In this document: positions 1 to 12,193 of the stretch, in pieces | How the letters are laid out: every line of letters starts with the position of its first letter | Position numbering within the stretch: position 1 is the first letter of the stretch | Origin: Rotaria socialis | Taxonomy: Eukaryota | Length of the DNA: 64,000 nucleotides | Reading direction: 5' to 3' | Assembly: GCA_905331295.1 (NCBI GenBank) | Contig: CAJNYD010000365.1 | Span: 1 to 64,000 of the forward strand | The notes under the pieces: generated by a model | The model's input: the letters and a program-made list of their open reading frames with translations, nothing else | The model's database searches: none | Told to the model about the DNA's origin: nothing | Translations under genes and position numbers: made by a program

Positions 1-124
1 GGTCTTTTTCATTCCGACCTTCCGGCGTTTTCATTCCGAACATCCGGAAACTGAAGTTCGGAATGGACTTCTCCGACCGATGTCCGTAAAAAAAAATGAG
101 GACGAAAAGGGACCACCCCTTGTA
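1..124. mobile_element. Truncated end of a GC-richer DNA-transposon/MITE-like element
   Basis: Internal repeats of tttcattccga. The end reads TACAAGGGGTGGTCCC on the minus strand, resembling a Tc1/mariner-type terminus next to TA, followed by an abrupt return to AT-rich DNA. The other end lies outside the window. Confidence 0.35.
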
Positions 125-536
125 TATTATCATGACTCTTATTACTCTAGTTGATCAATAGATTTTCGAATAGAAACAACTGTTTGTTTTATTTTTTTTG
201 ATTCTGCCATTGACAGAGAAAAATTTAATTAATTAACAGTTAAAAATGAACAAGTAAAAGCGAAATGATGTTCGTTTATTATTAATGATTGGCACTTGAG
301 ACAATCATTGTCGGTCAGTTTTTGTTTGTTTTTCTGAAACTCCTTTTTATTGTTGTTTCGAAATTAAACTATTAACGAAGAGATAAGCAATAAAACATAC
401 CAAACAAACAAAATAAATCCAGTTGAACAAACTATTCATTTTTCTGGTATTGTGGTTAAATTGTATATGCACACCCTTTTGTACTAAGTGGGAAACTTAC
501 AAGCATTGGTGATACGGTTAACAAAAAGAAGTAAAA

Positions 537-1030
537 CATGAAAGATTAAAACTGTCAGCATAATAATGGTATACGTGAAGTCATTATGAAACATGTTTTA
601 TGTCTAAAACTAATAAAATAACATTGTCTCATTTACAACGAGAAGATTTGGCAAAATAATATAAATTCTTTTCCAATTGAATGCATCAAAAATGAAGTTT
701 TCATTTTTGAAATGGGTATATTTGTTGCATTCATATCATATGTGCATTATACCGACAAATGTACATAGTTTTTTGTTGTTGTGCATGTGTAGAAGAGGAA
801 AAAAAATCTATCGGTATAACGCACATATGATATGAATGCAACAAATATACCCATTTCAAAAATGAAAACCTCATTTTTGATGCATTCAATTGGAAAAGAA
901 TTTATATTATTTTGCCAAATCTTCTCGTTGTAAAGTGAAACAATGTTATTTTATTAGTTTTAGATATAAAACATGTTTCATAATGACTTCACGTATACCA
1001 TTATTATGCTGATATTTTTAATGTCTCACG
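537..1030. repeat. Long inverted repeat (palindrome): arms ~537-760 and ~806-1030, ~45-nt spacer
   Basis: For example tcagcataataatggtatacgtgaagtcattatgaaacatg (from 555) is the reverse complement of catgtttcataatgacttcacgtataccattattatgctga (ending 1012). Only a handful of mismatches occur over ~200 bp. Confidence 0.97.
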
Positions 1031-1368
1031 TGCTGATCCCGTTTTTTACTATATTGGTCGTATTTGTAAATTTCGTTGTTGGTATTAAAGGGTCATCATA
1101 TGATTTAATAACAACATCAACTAAATTATTAGTTTATCTAGTTACTGCATGTAGCAGTGCAGTGTTCAATAGGGCATCATATCGACTTTATTGTATTATC
1201 ATCCATTACGCTTTAACACTAGCTATTTCTATACTCGGCTTTCTAACTGCTTTACTTTCAACTTATGGTCAACAAGATCATCCCATTACATCAACAGTAG
1301 ATATGATTACATTGTTATTCTGCATGGTGTATCTGTACACGGTTTGGAGTGACTATCACGACTCATAA
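973..1368 (+). pseudogene. Hydrophobic multi-TM ORF, possibly a degenerate gene with an inverted decayed paralog on the minus strand at ~420-600
   Basis: 131-aa ORF with 3-4 hydrophobic segments. Coding-like sequence (QLQHGTAQQQDIHLI) continues after the TAA. The minus-strand copy has stops and frameshifts. Confidence 0.35.
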
Positions 1369-1863
1369 CAACTACAACATGGTACAGCTCAACAACAAGA
1401 TATTCATCTAATATAAAAGAAATTAATCATTATCCATATCTTAGCATAAACTTTAACAAAAACAGGGCATTTCTCTTTATTCATTTGAGTTAAAGAAAAA
1501 CATCATGTTTTACATTATTTCGTAAACTGAATTTTATTTCTCGTTCTGCATGTTGAATTGAAAGAAAAGACAATGATAAAAATTGTTTCTTGGTAAAAAT
1601 CGATTTTCTTATAATGTTTTTGTTTGATTCAGTCTAAAGAGAGAAATAAAATCGAAAAAAATTTTTTATTTGTAGATAATTGATTTATGAGCTGCATCGT
1701 TTATTTTGGAAGTATTAGCTGATGATGTTTATTCAAAAGCTCGTGAATTAATTGAATGAAGTTGAACAATTGGGATGAATGCCAAGCCAAAAGTTATTGT
1801 TGCAGATATAGCAAAAAAAACTGAACAACGTTCAGCAACAAGACAATAAATAATAATCGACAA

Positions 1864-2358
1864 CCCATGTTGCGAATACCGGATCATTTTTTGCGGTAAA
1901 CCGCGGTATTTATCCGTTCTGCGGTAATGGGAGCGGTAACCGGACCGGTAAAATCGCGGTAAACCGGCGGTTTTTTGCTCATGTTTATCACATGTAAAAG
2001 TAAAAAAAAAGGATGATTAAAATAGTTTAATTGATGATTTGGAAGACTTTTTCTGTCAAAGATTATGGACGAACCGGTTAACCGCTTTTTTTTAGCGGTA
2101 ACCGCGATATTAATCAAAACCGGCGATTTACCGCGGTAAATGTCGGATCATTTTTTGCGGTAAACCGCGGTATTTATCCGTTCTGCGGTAATGGGAGCCG
2201 GTAACCGGCTCGGTANCCGGCGATTTACCGCGGTAAATGTCGGATCATTTTTTGCGGTAAACCGCGGTATTTATCCGTTCTGCGGTAATGGGAGCCGGTA
2301 ACCGGATCGGTAAAACCGCGGTTAATCGCCGATTTTCATGCGGTTTTTCTTACATAGG
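1864..2358. mobile_element. Putative MITE with CC...GG ends and GC-rich internal repeats
   Basis: Imperfect terminal inversion (cccatgttgcgaataccg vs reverse complement cctatgtaagaaaaaccg). Three copies of ggatcattttttgcggtaaaccgcggtatttatccgttctgcggtaatgggagc. Contains an N at 2216. Confidence 0.55.
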
Positions 2359-2701
2359 AAGTTCAACAAAACGGTTGAAACCATTTAAAAAATATACAGC
2401 AGCACATTGTTATTCATTAGTTTGTGCCTTCATTCTACATTTTTCAATAAAAAATTCTCTTTTTTAGCTGATTAGTATGTTAATAACACAAAGGAAATCA
2501 TTTGGGGTATAATCGAGTTCATGAAATTCATTTGAAATTAATTAAATCAAAAGAAGCTAATTTTTCTCGATAATCGACTCAGTTTTGGCAGTACACGTAA
2601 CAATCGGATGCCAGTCCGATGTTTCCTCATTTATTTTAGACTATATACAGTCAGAAAAATTTATTTTATATACAAAGTGACAAAGATAATAATTGAATTG
2701 A

Positions 2702-5682
2702 TTATGGATTTTGTTGATAGTGAGACAATTTGATACGTTTGTGACTTCGTTTGATTTTTGATAGCTCACTGAGATCTTTGTCAAATAACACCTGGAGAAA
2801 TTTATCGTCATGCGTTAATGAACATTTTTTTCTTTGTTTGTTGACCTGTTCGATAATCTTGGTCCAAGAGCGCGGATAGTTGTGCAGATTTACAAATGTA
2901 ACGCTAGACAAATGGTCAAAATAATCGAGTACTGCACTAATGCAGTCAATGTTTTTCGTTTGCACTATTAGATGATCAACATGACGAGAAACCATTGAAC
3001 TTATATCCATTATTCTTGGGGTTAAATCGTCAGCATATGATATCCCGAACGTATGAACATTGAATGCTTGTTCGAGTAACGTGTGGATCGGATTCGTCCA
3101 GAGAACATGAGTTTTAGAGATAAATAAATGAATTTCAGTTAACTGGGAAAGATTGATCAACGTCAAAAGATGTTCAAGTGAACCGAGCGGCCATTTATCA
3201 GTGATGTCTAGTGTGAGTTGAGTGATTTTGTAAAGATTGTGATAAATTAGTCGTTCATGCTACATGAAAAAATCAAGACACAGTATTGTTCAGTTATTTC
3301 GATTTCTAGAATCATCTAATGGCCAAGCACACAAAAGAAACAGCTAAGAAATTTTATTCGGAAGAGACTGATGGATTTAGTTCATTTGTATCAATGCATC
3401 GCTAACAAGCATAAGATTTTCTCAAATTTCTTAGCTAGATATTTCTTAAGAGTACGTAAGTTCATAGTAGATAACTCAACTGTACTACTTCTTATACTTT
3501 CCATCCAAATTTTTTTTCTTATTGGACCTATGGTAAATTCCAATTTTATGAAAGGATTCTTTTTCAAGAGCTGAGCCCTTGGATCTTTTTTTTTCAAATA
3601 AAATTGTTCTATCAATAGTGTTGATCTAGCGATTCTATTTAGCACTTGCTCCCATTGTCGAAAAAAACGTCTTTATGATATCCGATTATTTTGCTTGGGA
3701 GCTTTGTTATTCGATTGCTTAAGGCTCGATTTTTCAGTCTTCTTTGCTCGGTCTATAAGCAATTAACTCTACTTTTTGACTACGAGCATAGGATTTCTGA
3801 GAACCTGAATGATTGAGTTTCGAGCTGAGATTTTTTTCATAGATAGACTTGAAAGTCACTATAGAAATGCCTCAAAGTTTCAACCAGGACAAACATGCTC
3901 TTTTCGAGACATCATCTTATTATTGCAAGGTCGTTGTCTTTTAACAGAGCCCAAAACGAGTGTTTTTTTTACAATAACCGCATTTCGATAAGAATAGGTT
4001 TGCTCTAGCTCAATTATTGACGAGTTTCTGATGGTTATGAAACCGGTCTATAGACAATTTCTGATCGAAACTAGAGCATTCAGGTTCATAGAGATATTAT
4101 GCTCATTGTACATCAGTAGGGTTAGATGCTTATCTCTCGATAATGAAAGACCCAAAGATCGAACCGAAGTAGAATTTTTCACTATTTATCAAAACCAAAC
4201 GAATAATAAAATGTCATGTAAAAAGCGATTTGATAGATAAAAATGTTCCCTCGTGAGTCAAATTCGCTTCTTGTATTTATAGCTATATCGAGCTCTTTTG
4301 TTGTTAATAAAGTGAATCCACTATCTCAATAGCTCATATATTTTGTATGTATAATTATCTGAATCATATGAGTGGCCTCTATAGAGTTATAAAGGAAATA
4401 TTTGATAGTCAAAAAATGATATATTCAAATGTACAAAACTAGAATTTGTCTTTTCAAAAATAATAGAACTTTTATTCAAACCTACCTCATTGAAAGGGAC
4501 CGCAGTCATCATTTTAGCCAAATTTAAACGAGCACTCCATAGAGTATTTGTTTGTGCTGCATTGTGATTTATTGTGGTAGAAATCACATAGGATATTTTG
4601 TCCAGACAGCTGTGATCAGAAAGGTTAGTACACGAGTCTTTTGATGAATAGAGAATAATATTCGAGTGTAAGTCATCGTAGATGTATCGAAGTGTAACAA
4701 ACCAGCGTTTATTTTCTAACCAGAAAGGTGTACGAAATGCACCAATGATCGATTCAATATTTTCGATAATTGCTTGGTCACACTCTTCGTTATGAATATA
4801 AAACTTAAACTCTTTCAGTAGAGGTAGCTTATGCCGGATTAACTGTTCCCATTGAGAGAAACGTCGGAGATACTTGAGTGAAGCGTTATAGCTCGTTAGT
4901 TTGAGATATAGAAGTGAGGGTAAAAGAGAAAGAAGTGATTCAATCTGATCTATTGACATGCCATCACTGTCCAATGTTAGTGAATTCAATTCTATGTACG
5001 AGTCTGAGAATGCAACTTCACTGATTTCGGTCATATTGCAATTGATCAAGACAATAGTTTGTAGATTAGGTGAGTGACGAAGAATTTGATGCAACTGTTT
5101 ATGAGTGCATACTCTCATAATCAACTGGCGTATTGTGCATTGATCTGGCCACACTATTGCATTCATTGTCGAAATATCAACATGTAGGACGAGACTACGA
5201 AGACCTTGAATCGCAATAATCGATGAGAGCGCAGCTATAGTATCAGCACTCATAGGCTTTCTGTAATTTTCTGTCAACGACAGCGATGTTAGTGTGGAGA
5301 TGGTAGTAATATGGTGCATTATGACATTGAGATCACGCTCTATCAGACCACACAAATTCAATGAGCGAAGACACATTAATTGATCGGTGCCAACGAGAGG
5401 GAAAAACAATTTTATTTTATTTGACATAGAGCGGTTGCTCGAAAAATTAAGCGACAAAATATTTTCCAATCGAATGCTTCGACGTATACGACGAATAATA
5501 TTCTTCGGCATTGCATCGTTGAAGTTAATTTTATACCGATTGTAGTTGTCGGCAATTGCACGAAATTGTGTGCAGACGTTTCGAAATGAAAATAAAATAT
5601 CGTTTGTATCAAGCTGATCAAGAATGAGATAGAGAAGCTCAGTAGGAAGTGTGAGAGGCGACTCAACTTGTATAGCAGACAT
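2702..5682 (-). CDS. F-box/LRR-like protein; exons 5682-4486 and 3259-2702
   Basis: N-terminal F-box motif LTLPTELLYLILDQL..ILFSFRNVC and LRR-like LxxLxL repeats. Donor GAG|GTAGGT at 4486/4485 and acceptor TAG|CAT at 3260/3259 are both phase 0, joining the two ORFs in frame. Confidence 0.8.
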
Positions 5683-6219
5683 TGTTGAATGCTCGATGAC
5701 AAATTTGCATCATAGCTGGGCTTTTTTTATCAGAAGGAGGAGGAATGGGATAAAACGTGAGTAACGATTTTTTTTATACTTGGTATTTCACAACCGTAAA
5801 ACAACGTGTAAAGTATGTGTCATTCATGTCCAATAATGTTTTTATTTATAATATTCAACCAGATTAGATCAGATCATATAATTTTCAATTGGACTACATT
5901 AAATCGTTATTCCGTTAGTTTAGACTATGAAACTTTTCACATAGAAAATACAAGTATACATGTATTTGTCATGTGTCAGGAGAGTGTGTGTGTGTGGCGA
6001 TAGATGAAGAAGAAACTCTAAAAAATAATAGGTTTCTTATCGAACAAGCGCTTCGCTGAAGAACTTTTAAGGTTTCGTAAAAACTTGCCAAACCTAAAAA
6101 AACATTCATCTAAGTCTGCGGAGTCTTCCCCAGAGAGAAAAGCCAAAACAATATCCACTTGTTGGCGATTGATACTTTGAGAACTTAAACACGAACACCT
6201 CATGAAGGGTGAGCTGATA

Positions 6220-7190
6220 GAGACGATATTGTAGAAATCTGATCAAAGTCACTAGTACTCAACCTCAGGTTTTGCATAGGCATACTATCGCACTTTCTTG
6301 CTTCAAACCGATATATAGCTCACTGAATAGAATTTAAAAAATACTACAAATGGTATTATTTTTAAATCATATAGACTGTTTCGTCAACATTTTGTCTAGA
6401 TATGCAGAAAATGAGATAGGTGCGCGTGGGCTTACAAATAGTGACGAATCCAGAATGGTTGATGCAATGTGAGTTTGCTGTATCGTTTCTATCAGTGCGC
6501 ATCGATGAAAACTCAGAAACCTTACTGTACTGTTTGCTTAGAAAATCAACTCACACATTTAGGGCAATGAGTTCCGTTTTCGAAAAGCATTGGACACAGA
6601 AGTTTTCATTCTAAAGGAAGGTTTGGATAGATTGGACGAACAATGTATTACTTATGTGCGACGTGAAAATAGTGTGTTCTCTTAGCCCTACTCAAGCTGT
6701 CTGTTGAAGAATTTCGAACGAATCTGAAGGAGCGGATTTGTTGAGTTTACTCTGCTTGCATCTTGAAAGATCAAATCTACCTTGTTTACGATGTACTTCA
6801 GTCGAGTTTTTGGTTAGGTACTTTCAATTATTACCAGTTAATATTTTCTTATTCAGTCACTTTAACGAATTATTGAATCATCCGACTACATGACTAGAGG
6901 TTTCAGGGACACCTTAATTGGCTGGAAAAGCGCAAGTGCCCCAAAAGTACTTTAACATGGTGATGTTCAATGTAGTAAATGTTGCCGATTAGCCTTGTTA
7001 TACTTGTAAGCAAGTGCGATAGTAGAAAATTCGTGTTAAAACTACAGGAATCGTATAATCTTACAGGACGTTTTATTCCATTGTTGATGATTTATAATTC
7101 TGGATGAAGTAAAAACGTGCAATAGTGTGCCTATGCAAAACTTGAAGTAGTATACTAGTAAACTTGATCGGATCTCTGCAATATCGGCTC
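6220..7190. mobile_element. Degenerate ~1-kb element bounded by ~75-bp imperfect inverted repeats
   Basis: 6220-6294 (…ggttttgcataggcatactatcgcac) matches the reverse complement of 7116-7190 (gtgcaatagtgtgcctatgcaaaac…) at roughly 80% identity by eye. No intact ORF inside. Confidence 0.55.
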
Positions 7191-7914
7191 CGTTGACACA
7201 TAGTAGCCATCGTTTATTCAACTCACAGATAGTATCGTTTGGTAGTATTTTTCAAGCTTTATCTCATGAGATGTTTCTTGGCGTTTAACTTAATTGTTGT
7301 TTCATTAGTTATCGTCGATATCTACTCAGATATGTAGGTCGTCTGCTTGTCTTTGTCGTGTTAGGTAAGTGACAGATGAGATGCCGCTAAAACTGTTTGA
7401 CTTTAGTATCAAAATGATTAGCGCGTTTTTCTGCGTTGTTTTGTATATTTTTTGACGACATTTACGATGAAAAATAAAATGAACCGATATAGCTGCTTAT
7501 GCAAGTTCCTTCTTTCAAGCAAAAAATAAAACAAAATAAAATTGAATTCCGCTTCAATGTTACTCTGTTTTAATTTTTCCATAAATAAAATGTACATTTG
7601 TATCTAAACGACAAAAAAAGTACGGATATACAAAAACAGAAAAAAGAAAAAACACAAAAACAGTAGATATTCATAGAAGATTCATTCACTGTCGTATAAA
7701 TAGCAGACGGAACAATAAATTTATTTGTTGTTGTTTTTGATTTTCCCTTTTTTTTTAAACAATAGGACAGAAAGACAAGAAAATAAGTTAAGTAGTATAT
7801 AGGAATGTATTAGTATATATATATATATATATATAAATGTTCATATAAACACAAGTCGATTTGCACCGAGTTTATGCCAATCAAGAATGAAAATAGAAAA
7901 ATGAAACAACTATG

Positions 7915-10900
7915 TTATGATACTTCAGCATTAAATCGTCGATGAACAGATACTGGCGTCTTCGGTACACCAAAATGTATTGATAAACCAAGTAAATCAT
8001 CTTGATGCGTACGTATTAAACATGGTTCGGATTGTGAGCGCTGCAAGCGTGGAAATGTACATTCAAATTTCGATAATGTATCATCAATCTTTAAGAGTAA
8101 AAATTGAGAATAATTTGAAAAGATTAATTTAAACAGAAAATACCTCAGGTGCAAAATTAGGTCGTTTCTCGTGATCAAATTCTGTGCATTGTCGAATAAG
8201 ATTAGTTATTTCTGTTGGTGTATCATCACGACATTGTTCTACTTTTAATTTTAATCTTCCTTTTCCCACGAGCCACATAATCTATTCACATAAAAACAAA
8301 TAGCTACTCACGAGAACAGTAATTAAGAAAATCTTTAAATTAAACCTGTTCTTTATTGCTTATTGGTGTATGAGGTAGTTTCCCACTAAACATTTCAAAT
8401 AGAACACATCCATACGCATAGATATCAGCGCTCGTAGAATAACAATTGGGATCTTTTTGTTGAATGACTTCCGGTGCCTGTTGTAGAGAAAAAACAGGAT
8501 TTCATTTTAGAATTCATTATCAAACAGGAAACAGAATATTTTACCATCCAAAGAACTGAGCCAGTTGGTTGAAATTGTTGATTAACGCTTTCAGCAAGTA
8601 CAGTTTTAACGGCTGCTAAACCAAAATCACCAATTTTAACGCGAAAAGAAACTTCAGCATCATCTGGCTCATTGCACATATCCAAAAAGACATTACTAGA
8701 TTTTAAGTCACGATGAATTATTCCACGATCATGTAAATATCTTTTATCATAGAACAGAAAACATCATAATTTATTTTTGCAATCATTCATTTTATTAATT
8801 AAACTTACGACATTCCCTGACATATTTGTCGTGCTATGTCAATTAGCTGATTTATCTTCCAATGTCGATCAAGAACATGTATATGCTTATAAAGGGTTGA
8901 ACCCTAGATAAATTGCGACATTTATTTTAAAAGAATTAAAAAGAACGTGGATTGTAAGTCTTACTTCACACCATTGTGTCACAATTGCAAAACGAGGAGT
9001 GAGAATATAACCATAAAAATTTAACGTGTTTTGATGCGTAATTTTTCTACAAGAAAAAACATCAAGTTAATTAGCGTAAAGCGTTTACATCAGAACAAAC
9101 AAACTTTAATGCTATGACTTCATTTCGAAAGGCTTGAAATTGACTGGGTGTTGGTGAAACAAAATTTAGTTCTTTAAGTGCTACTAAACCTACAAAAAGC
9201 AATTCGTAATTTAAAGAAAAAAGCAAGTTTCTTTTTTATTCATTTAATCATACCATGCAATCGGACTTCTGCTTTGTAAACGCTACCATAAGTACCTCGA
9301 CCAACCATACGTCCACGACTGAGTAAATCTTCTGCTCGAATTTCCCAGTCACTGATATGTTTCTATTATTTTTTTTAATAAAATTCAGTTTTTTTTTCGA
9401 TATTTTATATTGAATTGTACTTACATGTGGTTTTTTAGTATCAATATTACCATCACTGGATGGTTTAGTCATACTGGGTCGAAGTATTTCTGTATTAGTG
9501 ATAATCGGTCCATTGGCAACTGTAAAATAAACAGCAACTGATTAAATTAAAGAATGGATTCAATTAGAAATTTAGAAAAGACAGATTCAGTCATGATAGC
9601 CTTAAGAAGAAAAACTCATTGAAAAAGCGCAAGTAACCATAGACCAATATAAATAACCCAAAAGAGAGAGAGAGGAAGAAAAAAAACATATATTGAGAAA
9701 TACGTTCCCAAACCCAGTAGATAGCGTGCCATAAGATGCAACGGTGATTTAAATAAGTCTTACGCAGCAATGACTGAAGCATATGATGCATAGGTGATCC
9801 GGATGATGACGACAATGATGATGATTGTTGAAAGAGTGAATTCGATGATAGTGGTGATGATATATTTGTCGCTGATTGTATAACATTAGAAAAATAACCA
9901 ACATTTGATATTGTTGGTGCTGATGAAAGACCATGTGCATCCTGACTCATATCTTTTTGTGAACCTATCAACGGATATTAACAAAAATTCGTTCATTTTC
10001 TGTTCTTCTTTGTTTATAGGTATTTAAGAAGAAAGAAAATAGGAGTGCAACCATAATAAATTCCAAGAAGTTATTAGAAAAATGATTATAAATATGTTAC
10101 ACACCAAAAATAAATAAATAAATAAATAGTCAAATTTTTATATGTATAGTTCGGTTTTTTTTTGAAAGCAAAATAAAACTAATAAATTGCTTTCTGATCT
10201 ACCTACTCCGCATATACAGTAACCACTGTAGAGACGTTTGAAAATAGAACATAGACAGAGGAGAAAAAAGAAACATAACGTTCGCTATTATAATATCTAC
10301 AAATACGATTAACTTACCAGTTCCAGAATTTATATTTATAATTGCTTTCTAGAATAAAAGTTTTACTTAGTTTATAAAATTCAATAATGAAAAACCGTGA
10401 CTACGTACTGGTAATTGAGTGCTAGATGCATTTCGTGATTGTTGCTCTCTAGTTTTTATTTGTATTGTTCGTTCTATGTCAGATCTATTTGAACCATTAT
10501 GTTTAATATGTCTATTGAAGGAGTAAAGATAAAATAGATAAATGAGTTTTTTTTTGGTTGGTTTTCAAAGACCATTTAAACAACACATACTCAATAATAG
10601 GATGAGAACAAATAGGTGCTTTCATATAACAATTGTTATGATAGTGATTTCGACATGAAACACAACGTTTATGAGTTCCACGAATATGATGTTGACAGAC
10701 AACACAACAAACACCGAAAATATTAAAGCGAGCTCGTGGAATATTTTCCTAGAGATATTTAACATACACATACATCGAAAGCTTTAACAATAATAAAAGC
10801 ACAAAAATATTTTTTAAAGCAGCAATATTTATAGGTAAATACCTATACAGCATATCTCTCGGTTCAAAATGACATAAATGAGATTTACGAATACATCGAG

Positions 10901-12193
10901 TATGTATACGATAACCGCATACAAGACATCGAAGTCCTTGGAATAATAATTTATGACATGCGTCACAATAAGTTAATGTAAAAAATGTTTTTCGAATCTA
11001 TGAAAATATTTTTTTTCTTCTATCCAATTAACATACTAACTTAGTACTTACAAATGAGTGACTAAATTTTGTTTTTTCTTCAAGTTCGATTTCAGTTTCA
11101 AGTACACGATCAAGTGTTATGTCCCATGCACATGGTTGCCTGTTGAATAAAACAAAAATAATATTATTTTCTTTTTTTGTTGTTGAAATTATTCTCGATG
11201 AAGATCACCTTGATATCATGTAGACTGGTGTAAACTCTCTTAAATTAGTCACCGAATGTCGTGATGCTCGTGATTCAAGCGCTACTTCAAGTGTTTCATC
11301 ATTACGTGGTGCAAGCTTAAGGTAGAAATACGTAACAATCAAGATATTAAAATAAATGAGATGAACTAAACTGTCTGCTTACAGCTGTTGTATGCTTATT
11401 TGGAAAATGAACACGAATAAAATTATTTGGTGTCATACTTGGACTTCGAGATCGTTGATAATTGTAATTTATTTGTTGTGATGAAATTTGTGCTTGTATG
11501 GGAGGTGTTGATGGATAAGTGTGATAGAATTTTTGTGTATCATTTGATGGTGAACAATCATTTATCTGTATGTCTTTGAAATTTGTTTGTACTGATGATA
11601 TAGATAGTTTATGTTTTTTAGGAGATTTTTCTGATGGTGAATATTGTAATTGACCAGTTATTGCAGTTACATCATTCATAGATGATGATGAATATGCAAA
11701 TACACATTCATTATTTGAATCTTCAACTTCATGAAGATATTCTGTTAATGAATCACGAGCTTTAGTTAATATATCAATACGATCAGTTAAACGTTGAAAT
11801 TCCTTGATAGAGAAAAATAATAGATATTCCAGTTTGTTCGAAAGATAGTATTCTGTTTTTCTTCTCTCTTACCTGCATGTAGAATGGTGGTCGTGTTTCT
11901 CGAAAAGCTAAATTATAATTATTAACATCTGCAGTAAGATGTTTTAACATTTTCATTAGATCATCTAATATTTGCCGACATTTTTGTGGATCAGCATCAT
12001 GTTTTCCGTCTTCGACTTTGTCGAAAATCATTCGGCGAAAAGTATCTTCTTGATTATTAATTGGTGATGCCGAACGTGGTGGCGTCGACGATGTTGATGA
12101 ACAAAATTGATGATGCAGCGGCGTACATGTATCCATTGGAATCGTGCTGCTATTGCCGTTTGTCATACGAGTTGCTTGTAGAACCATAGCCAT
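7915..12193 (-). CDS. raf: Raf-family Ser/Thr kinase (B-Raf-like: BRS coiled-coil, RBD, C1/CRD, kinase), multi-exon
   Basis: BRS-like [35 protein letters not shown]1 [30 protein letters not shown]; kinase motifs [62 protein letters not shown]-terminal RSQSEP 14-3-3 site. Confidence 0.95.

Noticed and set aside
2120..2312. Exact ~95-bp tandem duplication within the GC-rich element
   Set aside because: The two copies meet at a single N (2216), which is typical of an unmerged contig overlap. Probably an assembly artefact.
1880..2340. CRISPR-like repeat array
   Set aside because: No regular unique spacers, no cas genes, and a eukaryotic context.
3371..4240. Short ORFs inside the F-box intron, and similar 60-100 aa ORFs elsewhere
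   Set aside because: No domain motifs, many start at non-ATG codons, and they are consistent with chance ORFs in AT-rich DNA.
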